Positions 12,591-24,957 of a stretch of 64,000 nt of DNA are shown one piece after another. The DNA is taken from contig NC_083444.1 in the NCBI RefSeq assembly GCF_020745735.1, positions 7,570,338 to 7,634,337 of the forward strand. The letters run 5' to 3'. Numbering within the stretch: the stretch's first letter is position 1; each line of letters begins with the position of its first letter. The translations under genes and the position numbers were made by a program. Under the pieces are notes generated by a model, which was given only the letters and a program-made list of their open reading frames with translations, was not told where the DNA came from and searched no databases. Source of the stretch: Hemiscyllium ocellatum. Lineage: Eukaryota.

Positions 12591-14260
12591 TGCGCATGAT
12601 GAAAGAGATGAGTCACATCCTGTGTAAGTGAGGGCCTTTCTCTCTGCATCAGCCCTCGTGGTAAGTGCTGCCTGGTGAAGCCCGCTGATTGTTATCTGTG
12701 CCGCTGAACTGCTTCCCTCTGAACCAGTGACCATCGGAGACTGCACTGAGCCCCACTGAGTAAAGGCATCTCTGCTGGGATTGTCAGAGAGCGCAAATAA
12801 ACTTCGATCGCCAAGAAACGACAACAATGCTGTGGCAATGAGTGGAGGGTGGATGGGGAGCCTGTTGTGTGGCTGGGTGCAGGAGGAAATGTCTGTGAGT
12901 GTGTGTCTATGTGAGTGAAGTTACTTAACACACAGGCACAGGGATGGCAAATTTAAATGCCTGCTGGTCTGGCAGTTTGGTTGTTTGGAGGGGAAGCTAT
13001 CTCTATCTCTTGTTCAGTAATTATCACTGTGGAGATCCCTTCCACCTCAGAGGCTCAAGTTACCTTCAGAGAAACAGCCTTGAGGCGGAGAATCATTTGT
13101 AACTCGGAGACTGCAGTCTCCCTCCCCCACTCAGTCCCCAAAAGGCTTTAATCTCTTCAAATGAAAGTCCCCGGTTCAGAGCAGAATGAGCTCTTGGGCC
13201 GGCAGTGCGTTCACAATCTTAGAACATAGAACATTCCAGGCCCTACAGCCCTCAATGTTGCACTGACCTGTGAAACCAATCTGAAGTCCATCTAACTGAC
13301 AGAGAAACAGCCTTGCGGTGGAGAATTAATTATAACTGGGAGGATGCTGTCTCCCTCCACCCCCGAAACCCTGCCCCCCCCAACACCCCCCCAAACCCCA
13401 CCCCCACCTCACCCCCTGTCCCCCACTCAGTCCCCAGACAGCTTGAATCTCTTCAAATGAAAGACCCAGGTTCAGAGCGGAACTGAGATTTCGGGCCTGT
13501 TGTGCTTTCACAATCTTCTCAGGGCTGTACAGGCCGTTCGGCCCTCAATATTACACCCCACCCCACTCCCCCGCTCCAAAACCAATCCCGTCTAACCTAC
13601 ACTTTTCCATGATTATCCACATGTGTATTCAAGTTGGCAAGTCTACTATCATTGCAGACAGGGCGTTCCACACCCTTACTACTCTCTGAGTGCCTCCTGA
13701 CATCTGTCCTATTTATATATCATCCCTCGATTTAAAGCTATGTCCTCTTGTGCTAGCCATCACCAACTGAGGAAAAAGACTCTCACTGTCCACTCTAACT
13801 AATCCTCTGATCATCTTGCACGTCTCTATTAAGTCACCTCTCAACATTTTTCAATCTAACGGAAACAGCCTCGAGTACATCAGCCTTTCTTCCATACCAG
13901 GCAACAACCTGGTAAATCTCATTGCACCCTTTCCAATGCTTCCACAACCTTCCTATAATGCGGCAACCAGAACTGTATGCAATACTCCAAGAGCAGCTGC
14001 ACCAGGGTTGAATCAGAGGCTTGGGTTGGGGAAGGGGGGGAGGAAATACTGCTTCACAAAATCGTGTTGGTGTGGACAGACTGGTTATTTTTTTCCTCCC
14101 CAACACCCCCCTCTACCAGGGTCAAAAGCTCAATCACTAGGTTGAAGGTAAAAGAGGGGAAGTTTAAAGGAGATGTGTGAGACAGGTTTTTTTTACACAG
14201 AGGGTGGTAAATACCTGGAGGTGGTGGAGGCAGGTACAACGTTAAAATGGCATCTTGACA

Positions 14261-14350
14261 TCCTGATGAAGGGCTTATGCCCGAAACGTCGAATTTCCTA
14301 TTCCTTGGATGCTGCCTAACCTGCTGTGCTTTAACCAGCAACACATTTTC
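14261..14350 (+). ncRNA. Minimal type-I hammerhead ribozyme motif within a Penelope-tail repeat
   Basis: CTGATGA (14263-14269), stem II GGGC-ttat-GCCC, GAAA, then CGTC with palindromic stem III (ACGT) and GUC cleavage triplet. Confidence 0.7.
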
Positions 14351-14378
14351 AAATATATGAACGGACAGGGAACAGAGG

Positions 14379-15003
14379 TGTGAGAAACAAAGCTCACTCG
14401 CTGCAATAATTTCAGTCCGAGACAAGATCTGAATCAGCAGAGCTCTTTATTTCACACTTGCAAGTGGGTGTGATGTCCACAAGGCAGGGACAAAAACACA
14501 CCCCAAATTCAACAAATACTCGATATTTATACAATTTGGTTCCTATATGTTTTTTTCTTATTTCATTGTTTCCCCCCCCCACCTTGTTCACATCCTCCAC
14601 TTCCCTGAGACCCTCCTGCTTATCTCGTGTCTTATCCGGTCTTATCTGCGGAAAACATGCTCATTCCTGACGTCAGGCTATTTGCCCCTCATCCTGCCTC
14701 TTTACAGCATCCTGTCACTAAGCCCTTCTCAATGGTTTTGTTCCTGTATAAAAGTGGGAAACAGATGTGTTATACCTATTGTTTGTTGAGACATATTGAG
14801 TTGAACTGTCTGTCTTCACAGCATCTTATCACGAAGCCCTTCGAACTAGGGTTAACCATTTATTACATTCTTAGCAAACCAATTAGCATTTCCTCCACAG
14901 AGTTCACATTCTTGTTGACTCAGCTCCTGGCTGAAACAATTGCACACTGAGTTTTAGTGAATTTAGAATTTGCAGAAGAAACATAAATTTCCTATATCCC
15001 ACA
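14379..15003 (-). mobile_element. 3' LTR of endogenous retrovirus (about 625 bp)
   Basis: TG...CA ends with inverted TGTGGGA/TCTCACA; preceded by polypurine tract AAAAAGGGGAAA (about 15005-15017, minus); TATAAATA at 14524-14531 and AATAAA at 14446-14451 (minus); about 165 bp identical to 21608-21772. Confidence 0.88.
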
Positions 15004-15055
15004 AATTTCCCCTTTTTATTTCTTTACCATTTGTTACCTTCTGCATTTTGTTCTG

Positions 15056-16948
15056 TTAAACATTATTCCCAAAATTCGCAAGCATCATTCCGGAAATTTC
15101 AGCCATCTTGGTCTCACTCATCTCCTCAATATTTAGTTGATAAAGTTCTTCTGTCTGATTTCCTTTTAAGGGCATCTGTCTCATTAAGGCCGTCTCAATC
15201 AGTCTTTGGGTAATCCCTCGTATACAGGGTATGATACAACAGCCAATGGCCACCAATACCCCGACTACTACTATCATGGAAGTAAGGATGGAAACTACCA
15301 CCCCCTTCCATCTTCCGAACCAGGATTCAAGCCATCCCGTGAGAGATGTGTCTACTCCTGAATTCTCAGCCAGTTCCTCTGCTAAGGTAGTCAATCCCCT
15401 TAAGGCCCGAGTAATTGAACCATCAGGTGCAGTGTTATTAGGAATAAAGGTACAACAGCTTCCTCCTAACATCACACACACACCCCCTTTTTCTGCTAGA
15501 ATCACATCAAGGGCCATTCTGTTCTCCCATGCCATCCTACTTGTCGCATCAAGCTGTTCTGATATTCCTTTAACCGCATCCCTCGTATAATTCATAAATC
15601 GTTGTTGATTATAGAAAATGTAATTTATCCAATCTACATTTTTATTAATTGTTACCCACCAAAAGAGAGCTGACTCAAAGCCTGCTGCAATCTGGTTACG
15701 AGCCTTGAACTCATCAGGTACCCCCCTAGGGACTCCTAGCGAATCGAGATAAATCCTGTCATCGAAAGAAGTGTCTAACAGTGATCTCTTACCCCTTCCC
15801 TGTTTCCCTACTATCTTTTCCTTCTCAAATGCCAGGGTAAATGGAATTGCTAATTGTACAATCGCACATATCCCTTTCCAATCTGGAGGGAGGGTGGGTC
15901 TCAACAGTTTGCCTTCACAGTACCACCACAGATCCGCTCGGGGAACCTTTAGTGCTGAGTATTCCCTCCTTTCTTCGTTTCGGTAACATTTTTAATCTCT
16001 GTACACAATTTCAGCTCCCCCAAATCTCTAGACCAACTTGTACCTCGTCTACGCACACACGACGTGTGGTTTCCAACTGCAGCGGAAAATGCGGGGGGAG
16101 CTTGTACATCTTTCTTCTCCAAGGGAGGGAACATCAGAGATAGGGAGGTACAATTCCTATCATTCCATGCAGTCTCATCCTGATACAGGGCTATCATACA
16201 TTTCATGCCCTGCCTGTCTCGCTTCCACCCGAGCGGAAAGGGAACCACCTGGGCCACTGGCCTACCGGAGGCACAGGCATAGCAATTGCTTTTGTTCAGA
16301 CTTTTTACAGTATATTTTACCCATTCAGCCCAGGCATTTGCATCCCCATATCCAGTTTCCATTTCAAGAGTCTGTTTCAAGTCCTTTACCCCTATAATTT
16401 TTACTACTTTAGGATCAGTGGGAGGGGTGAAAGGTTGTATCTCATTATCCAGTAATTCCGCACGTTTTCCCTGTCCCACGCTAATTCGAAAACAACAAGC
16501 CGACAAAATGTTTCCCATATGCTTTCATTTCTATCCCAAATGTTTCATTTAATTGCATCTCATAGGTGCCCCCGCCCAAAGTTGCTTCGTGCCATGTGGT
16601 TTTCTTGATTGTCAGGTATATTGGGTTACACTTTTTATCGGGACAATCACGAGCTGGTTGAAAGGGGGTCCGGTGTACTGTGACGAGATTATTATGCCAA
16701 GTACCATCCCCACGACCATCCCCATAGGACTTAAGATGTATCTCTGAACAGCGGTACTGTCGCTGAATATCTACATCCCCACAATTTACTAAGCTGCATG
16801 CATCAGCGTCTATTACTTGTGGATTATTAGACTCAGGAACCATTAATAATACATATGAAAAGGATATTTGACAAAATCCCAATACTAATAGGGCTAGCAT
16901 CATAACTCTAAATAGTCCTAGTACTTTAAACATCATGTTGAAGCACAA
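15056..16948 (-). pseudogene. env: Retroviral env (SU + TM), two frameshifts
   Basis: Hydrophobic leader MLALLVLGFCQISFS; CYAC motif; furin site RGKR; immunosuppressive-domain-like ENRMALDVILAEKGG; CX6CC (CVMLGGSCC); transmembrane VVVSILTSMIVVVGVLVAIGCCII. Confidence 0.92.
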
Positions 16949-17015
16949 AACAACTTAATACACAATTCTACAGAAATAATCCCCGCGCTCGCGTCGCCAC
17001 TATATAATCAGTTAC

Positions 17016-20000
17016 TCAAAGTCTCTTTAGTCTGAGTTTCAGTGGGTCTTGTGTTGATTCGGCTGTCCAGACTTCTTCCTCAACTGGAGAGTCCACTGGC
17101 CCTTTGATCCGAGTGTAGTGAGTCCAACCTTTCTCCGCTGTCCTTATTGCCATCTTGGTAGTCAAAAGAGCCTGGTACGGCCCTTCCCAGTCCGGCTGCA
17201 ATTTAGTCTCTGTCCATGATCTTACTAAGACCCAATCTCCCGGCTGGATGGGATGAACGGTGAATTCTAGGGGTGGAGTCTGTGCCAATAAACCCTGTTT
17301 CCTGAGGAAAGACAAAGAGGAGGACAAGCCCAGTATATACTTCTTTAAGAACAAATCTTTAGTTTCGGGAATTGGCAATTCTCCGTCCGTTCCCAGATAA
17401 GGTAATCCAAATAAGATTTCATAGGGGGATAGTCCCAAATCTTTCCGTGGGGCTGTTCATACTCGCAAGAGAGCTATAGGTAAACATTTGGTCCAAGGGA
17501 GTCTGGTTTCTATTATCAATTTAGAGAGCTGTCGTTTGAGTGTTTGGTTCATTCTCTCAACCTTTCCTGATGATGGCGGGTGCCATGGAGTATGGAATTC
17601 CCAGGAGATTCCCAACCCTTTCATTACCCCCGTAACACTTTCGAGGTAAAATGAGTTCCTTGGTCGGAATCTATACGGTTTACTAGCCCATATCGGGGAA
17701 TGATGTGCTCCAATATTGTTTTAGACACCCCACTCGCAGTGGCAGTAGCTAGGGGGGTATGCCTCAACCCAACCGGATAAATGATCTACTATGACTAACA
17801 TATATTTTAGTCTCCCTACTCTGGGTAACTCAGTATAATCTACTTGTATACTCTGGAAGGGTCTCAATCCTGGGTCTCTTCCTCCCGGGGTCTGTTTTCT
17901 CAAGACTTTTTTATTTACCTTTCTGCAGATTATACATCCCTCACATATTTATTTAGCAATTGTATATATTCCTTTACATCCATATTCCCTAAGAACTAAA
18001 TCACACATTGCTTGTACTCCCCAATGACTGCCTTGGTGTAGTAGGACAGCCATAATCTCTCGCATCATCATTTTGTTTAACATTTCCCTCCCATCAGGTA
18101 ACATCCAACGCCCATCTGCTGTTTTTGCAGCCCCTAAATCTTTCAATTCTTTTTCTTCTCTTTCAGTAAATATAGGAGCTTCCCGAGGACCTGGGACAGT
18201 AGGTATTAGGGAATGAATCACCACTTCTTGTGAGTCCAGGGCTGCTTCCTTAGCCACTTCATCAGCTAATCTATTCCCCCTGGCTTCTGGTTCCTTTCCT
18301 TTCTGATGACCATTTACACGCACTCCTGCTATTTCTCGGGGGAGTAATAGGGACTCCAAAACCCGTTTAATCAATTCTTCATGTACTAATTCCCTCCCCC
18401 GGCTGTTGATCAGTCCCCTTTCCTGCCATATCTTTCTGAAAGTGTGCACAACACCGAAGGCATATTTGGAGTCAGTATACACCGTTCCCTCTTTATTGTC
18501 TAATGCCCTAAGGGCTCTTTCCAATGCATAGAGTTCGCAGGTCTGAGCTGACCACCCATTTGGCAACCTGCCTGCCTCTACCACACTACCTTTCGTCCCA
18601 TCTATGACTGCATACCCATTATGTCGTCTCCCTTCAGTCACCCGGGATGATCCATCTATAAAAAGTCTAGCCCCTGCATGAAGTGGAACATCTCTCAGGT
18701 CCATGCGGATTTTAGTTTGGTATTCTATAATGTCAAGGCAGTCGTGCCCTGGATTCCGAGGAGATTCCCCTTCCCCTTTCCAAAGAAAGGCAGCTGGATT
18801 TAAACAATTGTCCGTGACCAACACTAGACCATCTTTCTCTATTAATATTGCCTCATATTTCAAAATCCGCGAGTCTGTCAACCATCGCCCAGCTTTTTGG
18901 TTTAGGATCGTTCTCACTTGGTGTGGGGTGCTGACTATTAGGGCTCCCCCAAATGTAAGCTTTCTGCTTTCCTCTACCAACAGTGCAGTGGCAGCCACTG
19001 CCTGCACACACTCAGGCCATCCCCGGGATACTGGATCTAATAGCTTCGAAAGATATGCTACTGGCTGTTTCATTCCTCCCCACTGCTGGGTTAATACTCA
19101 CAAAGCCGCTCTCTTATCCACAGTAGCAAAGAGGTGGAAAGGTTTATCTAGGGAAGGTAAGGCTAACACGGGGGGCATGGATCAGATCTCTTTTGAGTTT
19201 CTCAACTAGTTCTTTGTCCGCATCATCCCAACTTAGACATTTTGGTTTGTCCTCCAATAGTTTGAGATATAATTTCTTAGTCTTTTGAGCATAGGAATCA
19301 ATCCCTAATCTGCAATATCCCGTTAGACCCAAAAGCTTACGTAACTCCCGCTTAATCCTGGGCAGCGGCATCCCCACTATTCCTGCTATCCGTTCCGGGC
19401 TTATCTTTCGCTTTCCCTCACTAACTAAATGTCCTAAGTATTTCACTTCTTGCTCCACATATTGTAATTTGTTTTTAGATACACGCAGGCCCTGCTGGCC
19501 CAGAAAATTCAATAATTTGTTTGTGGCTTCTACTACTCTTTCTCTTTTGTTTCCTGTTACTAAGAGGTCATCTACATACTGCAACAGGGTAGTCCCCTTG
19601 GGGCTGCTAAATTTCTCCAACATTTGTTCTAACATCTGTCCAAATAAATTCGGGGATTCTGTAAACCCCTGGGGGAGCACAGTCCATCGGTATTGCTGTT
19701 TCCGTCCTGTTTTGGGGTTTCCCATTCAAAGGCGAACAAATTCCTACTTCCCTCCGCCAAGGGACAAGCCCAAAAGGCATCCTTTAAATCTATCACACTA
19801 AACCATTTGTGGTCATGAGGGATCTTACTTAATAACGTATAGGGGTTTGGCACCACTGGGTGTCTGATCGGTACTATCTGATTTAATGTTCTCAAATCCT
19901 GCACCAATCGATAAGTTCCATCAGGTTTCCGCACAGGTAGAATTGGGGTATTATAAGGAGACATACATGGCTCCAACAAACCATCCCTAATCAGTCCCTC

Positions 20001-20537
20001 AATTACTGGCTGCAGTCCTCGTTTACCCTCCATGGGAATGGGATATTGTCGCTCACAGACAATGTCCCCGTCCCTTTTTAAATTTACTTCAAGGGGAGGG
20101 ATCTGTAGTCCTCCACGATTCCCTTCCCTAGCCCATACAATAGGGTCTATCTCTCTTTCCATATCCTCTGTCAACATCGCCATTTGTACAACTAATTCTT
20201 TTTCCTGAATTCCAATCTCCAGTCCTAAGAGGATAATTAAATCTCTCCCTAATAAATTACTTCCTATATCGGGGATATACAACAGTTCCCCTGTGACCCT
20301 ATCCTTAGGACCTTCTATCATCATAGGTTCAAATACTGGAACAGTAAATCCCTCCCCTTTCACCCCGGAAACAGTAATTGATCGTGTCGACATGTCTACT
20401 TTCTTTGGTTTAAAATTCAGCGATGACCGTGCTGCCCCCGTATCTACTAGGAAGACTACCTCTTCCCTACAGGGTCCCACCTTCAAGTTTATCAAGGGTT
20501 CCTGGTGGGTCCCCGAGGGCAGGAACCCCTGACACCC
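17016..20537 (-). pseudogene. pol: Retroviral pro-pol (protease, RT, RNase H, integrase), frameshifted
   Basis: FLVDTGA (protease); NTPILPV, DLKDAF, LPQGF, YVDD (RT); FIDGSS (RNase H); HQGSHWG..CEGC, QVDY, DSDQG, GKVERMN, GPY (integrase). Confidence 0.95.
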
Positions 20538-21597
20538 CTATTCATTATCAAAATTCATAAGCGGAATAGCCCTTGCCTCCCTTTGTAGATCAGGACACTC
20601 CCGCCTAAAATGCCCTATCTTTCCACAATAATGGCATCCTGCTTGTGGAGACCCCCACCTTTGCCCCTGTCGTTCGAACCCTCTATCAAACGCTCTCCCT
20701 TGTCCTCTTCCTCTCTCCTTTCCTCTCTGTCCTACATGCTGCTACCTACCACTCCTGTTGCTCACTATTGGTTCCATTCTTCTCTTAATTACCTCATCAA
20801 CCGCAGCTACCATCATTTTCGCTTTCTGTTTCTGTCTCTCATCCTCTCTCTTCACAAACACTTTCTGTGCCTCTCTTAACAGTTCATCTAATGGTTTTTC
20901 ACTCCACCCTTCTATCTTCTGTACCTTTCTCTGTATGTCTGGCCATGCCTTTGTCACAAAATGTACTTTCAAAAGACCCTGTGCCACTGGGTCCTCAGGG
21001 TTCATTCCAGAATATTTTCGCATTGAGTCTCTTAATCTCTGCAAGAAAGCTGAGGGAGTCTCATCTTTCTCCTGACTAACTTCAAAAGCTTTAGTCAGAT
21101 TCTGTGACTTCGGAACTGCCTCTCTTATTCCTTTTAGAATCAGGTCTTTCAATTCCCTCATTTCTGCTGTATGTTCTGGGTTTTGATTTTCCCACTGGGG
21201 GTCTCTGAGGGGAAACTTCATCTCTCCCTGTCCAGCATCCCCATCTCCAATCGGGTGTTCCCTGTCCCATATTTTAATGGCTGCTCCCCGTATAAGTCCC
21301 CTTTCCTCCCCGGTAAATAGTATATTCAAAATAGACATTAACTCAGCCCACGTATACAGACTGGGCCCCAAAAATTGATCAATTTGTTCAGACAATCCTA
21401 CCGGATCCTCAACCAGGACCTTCATTTCCTTTTTAAATGTTCTGACCTCCCCACTGGTGAGGGGGACACACACAAACCCAATCTCTTTGTCCCCTATCGG
21501 TACCTCCCGAAGGGGATAAGTCGTTACGTTCTTCCCCTTTTTCTTTTGTTTCGCCCCCTTAGACTTTGATTTAGGCCCTCCAGAGGCCTCATCTATC
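20538..21597 (-). pseudogene. gag: Retroviral gag (capsid and nucleocapsid; matrix deleted)
   Basis: YPLREVP, Q.KDETPSAFLQRL (MHR-like), single CCHC knuckle CHYCGKIGHFRREC, ends NFDNE-TAG at 20540-20538, in frame with pro. Confidence 0.9.
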
Positions 21598-21770
21598 ACG
21601 AAGCACTTCGAACTAGGGTTAACCATTTATTACATTCTTAGCAAACCAATTAGCATTTCCTCCACAGAGTTCACATTCTTGTTGACTCAGCTCCTGGCTG
21701 AAACAATTGCACACTGAGTTTTAGTGAATTTAGAATTTGCAGAAGAAACATAAATTTCCTATATCCCACA
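21598..21770 (-). mobile_element. Truncated 5' LTR (U3 start only)
   Basis: Identical to 14841-15003; joins directly to gag with no R-U5, PBS or leader. Confidence 0.85.
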
Positions 21771-21819
21771 AACGGATACAGAAGTCTTTTAGTTTACAAA
21801 CAAGGGTCTTAGTTAGTGG

Positions 21820-22820
21820 GGCCAAACAGAGAGACCTAGGGGACTCAGGTACAGAATTCTTTGAAGTTTGCATCCCATTTAGACAGGGGTTAAAAAGGCA
21901 TTTGGCATGTTTGTCTTCAGTCCTAAGAGCTTTGAGTATAGGAGTTGGGACGTCACATTGAGGTTGTACAGGATGTTGGTGAGACCTCTTCTAGAGTACT
22001 GTGTCCAGTTTTGATTAGATTACTTACAGTGTGGAAACAGGCCCTTCGGCCCAACAAGTCCACACCGACCCACCGAAGCGCAACCCACCCATACCCCTAA
22101 CCTAACACTAGGGGCAATTTAGCATGGCCCATTGACCTGACCCGCACATCTTTGGACTGTGGGAGGAAACCGGAGCACCCGGAGGAAACCCACGCAGACA
22201 CGGGAGAACGTGCAAACTCCACACAGTCAGTCGCCCGAGGCGGGAATTGAACCCAGGTCCCTGGCGCTGTGAGGCAGCAGTGCTAACCACTGTGCCACCG
22301 TGCCGCTACAATGTTCACACCATTGTAGCAAGGATCTTATTAAGCTGGTGAGGGGTTCAGAAGAGGTTTACCAGGATGTTGCCGGGTATGAAGGTTTGAG
22401 TTATAAAGAGAGGTTGGATAGGCTGGGACTTATTTCATTGGAGCACAGTGGGTTGAGAGGTAGCCTTAAAGAGGTTTAAAAAAGTGAAGGGGCGTAGATA
22501 GGGTGAATGGCAGGTGTTTTTTTCCTTAGGATTTCCCATCTAGGGGGCACATTTTAAAGGTGCAAAACAACAGATTTAGGAAAGTCACAAAGTGCCAATT
22601 TTTGACACAGAGGTTGGTTTGCGTTTGGAATGATCTACCTGAGGAAGTGGTGGATGTGGGTACAGTTACAATGTTTAAAAAATATTCAGATAAGTGCATG
22701 AATAGGAAAGGTTTGGAGGGATATGTGCCAGGACCGGGCAGGTGGGATTGGTTTAGTTTGTGATTACAGTCGACACGGACTGGATGGACCGAAAGGTCTG
22801 TTTCCGTGCTGTCGGACTCT
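21820..22820 (+). mobile_element. CR1 fragments with nested HE1 SINE (22012-22306, minus)
   Basis: CR1 ORF2 C-terminus and 3' UTR; SINE consensus. Confidence 0.85.
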
Positions 22821-23869
22821 ATAAAGGTGTCAGGTGTTGGCATAAGCTTGGTGGGCCGAAGGGCCTGCCGTTGTTTGTTCTGATGGAGGTCATTCGGCCT
22901 GCCCTGTCCATGCTAGCTCACGCAAAGTGCAACTCCACCACTCTGTTGTCCCCTTTCCCTGAACACTGTGTCCGTAGGCGAATTTCCTGACTGGAATCCT
23001 CTCTGTCCAGCCACACTTTGAGGCCTTTCATTCCATATGCTAACCCCTGTCATCTCAGGGATAGGTTTTTTTCTTCCGTAACCTCTGCTTTACGGCCTTC
23101 CCCCTGCCGTAAATCTCATGGCCCCTGGTTTGCGATCCTCTCTCCAATGTGAACAGTTCCTCTGGTTCTGCTCTCCTCAGACACTGCCCCCTGCTGTCCC
23201 AGCTGTCGAAAATGCCTGGTCAATTGTCCTCTCCCCAGCAACAGGACCCAATTTCTCCAGTGTGTCACTTTGGGATGGAAGACCATAAGATATAGGAGCA
23301 AAATTAAGCAGTTCAGCCGGTCGGGTCTGCTCCACCATTCAATCATGGCTGATATGTTTCTCAATCCCCTTCTTCCTGTTATCCTCGATTCCCTTAACAA
23401 TCAAGAACCTCTCTCTCTCTGTCTTAAAGACACTCAATGACTTGACCTCTGTGGCAATGAGTTCCACAGAGTCCCCACCCTCTGGCTGAAGAAATTCCTC
23501 CTCATCTCAGTCCATCCCTTCACCCTGAGGCTGTGCCCACAGGTCCCAGTCTTTCCAACTGTTGGAAACGTCTCTACATCCACTCTATCCAGGCATTTTG
23601 GTATTCTGCAAGTTTCAATCAGATCCCACCCACCGCCATCCTTCTAAACCCCATTGAATACAGACCCAGAGTCCTCAACTGCTCCTTGCAGTGATAGTAT
23701 CTCAGTCTTATTATCATCTTGATTTATTAATCTAAAGCTATATCTCACGATCTGGAGATCTGGGTTCAATTCCTGCCATGGCAGATGGTGGAATTTGAAT
23801 TCAACAAAAAGTGTCTGGAACTAAGTGTTTAATGGGAACAACTGGCAATTGTTGGAGTCATAGAGCTGT

Positions 23870-24123
23870 ACAGCATGAAAATAGATCCTTCAGTCCAATG
23901 TGTTCATGCTGACCAGCTATCTTAACTTAATCTCGTCCCATTTGCCAGCACTCAGCCCATATCCCTCTAAAATCTTTCCTATTCATGTACCCATCCGGAT
24001 GCTTCTTAAATGTTGTAATTGTACCAGCCTCCACCACTTCCTCTGGCAGCTCATTCCATACACGCACCACCCTCTGCGTGAAAAAGATGCCTCGTAGGTC
24101 CCCTTTAAATTTTTTCACTCTCA
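23870..24123 (-). mobile_element. CR1 3' end fragment
   Basis: [25 protein letters not shown] motif and tail. Confidence 0.85.
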
Positions 24124-24650
24124 CTTTTTCATGCATTCACTGTACAAATGGATCGTGTCCATTTCGAGTTTTACCATCACTCGTCGATGCATGGATACCC
24201 CTATCTAGCTAACCACAGCCAGTTGATCTTAAGGGAGTGGGTTAAAATAATGCAGACCAGAATATCAACAAGGTGAGGAATGAGCTGGATTTTTCAACCA
24301 TTTGATTATGTTACAACTCATCATCTGTCGTGTGTCGCGTGCACTTTAATTCTTAACACCATAATTACCCACCACCAATTACTATGTGACTTAAAATACT
24401 CTAATTTTTATTAATAAAACATTAAACTTTTAAAAATACTAGTTTAAATCAATACTAATTAAAATTAACCTAAAACCTTGTTAAAAACAATCAAAATTAA
24501 AAAGTTATTAAATTATGTCAACTGGACAGTCTTAGAGTCCATAAAAATCCTTAAAAGCTCAAGAGTCAAAGATAAAACAAGGTTTGCGATGTTCTGAGCA
24601 AAAAATTTAAATTTTTCGATCCCAAGGTCTTTCATTAGTTCATTGTTCTT

Positions 24651-24957
24651 TAGATTAGATTACTTACAGTGTGGAAACAGGTCCTTCGGCCCAACAAGTC
24701 CACACTGACCCGCCGAAGCGCAACCCACCCATACCCCTACATTTACCCCTTACCTAACACTACGGGCAATTTAGCATGGCCAATTCACCTGACCCGCACA
24801 TCTTTGGACTGTGGGAGGAAACCGGAGCACCCGGAGGAAACCCACGCAGACACGGGGAGAATGTGCAAACTCCACACAGTTAGTCGCCTGAGTTGGGAAT
24901 TGAACCCGGGTCTCAGGCGCTGTGAGGCAGCAGTGCTAACCACTGTGCCACCGTGCC
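24651..24957 (-). mobile_element. HE1 SINE inserted in the R2 endonuclease region
   Basis: Full SINE consensus; removing it (ttct duplicated) restores GSRGKWFENNELMKDLG. Confidence 0.9.

Larger units (their letters stand above)
14379..21770 (-). mobile_element. Near-full-length class I (gamma/epsilon-like) endogenous retrovirus, defective
   Basis: LTR-gag-pro-pol-env-LTR order with all diagnostic motifs (see component features). Confidence 0.96.

Noticed and set aside
24220-24240. ACTCCCTTAAG (minus strand), resembling the R2 28S target ACTCTCTTAAG
   Set aside because: Only 11 nt, inside the presumed 3' UTR, with no continuing 28S similarity; likely chance.
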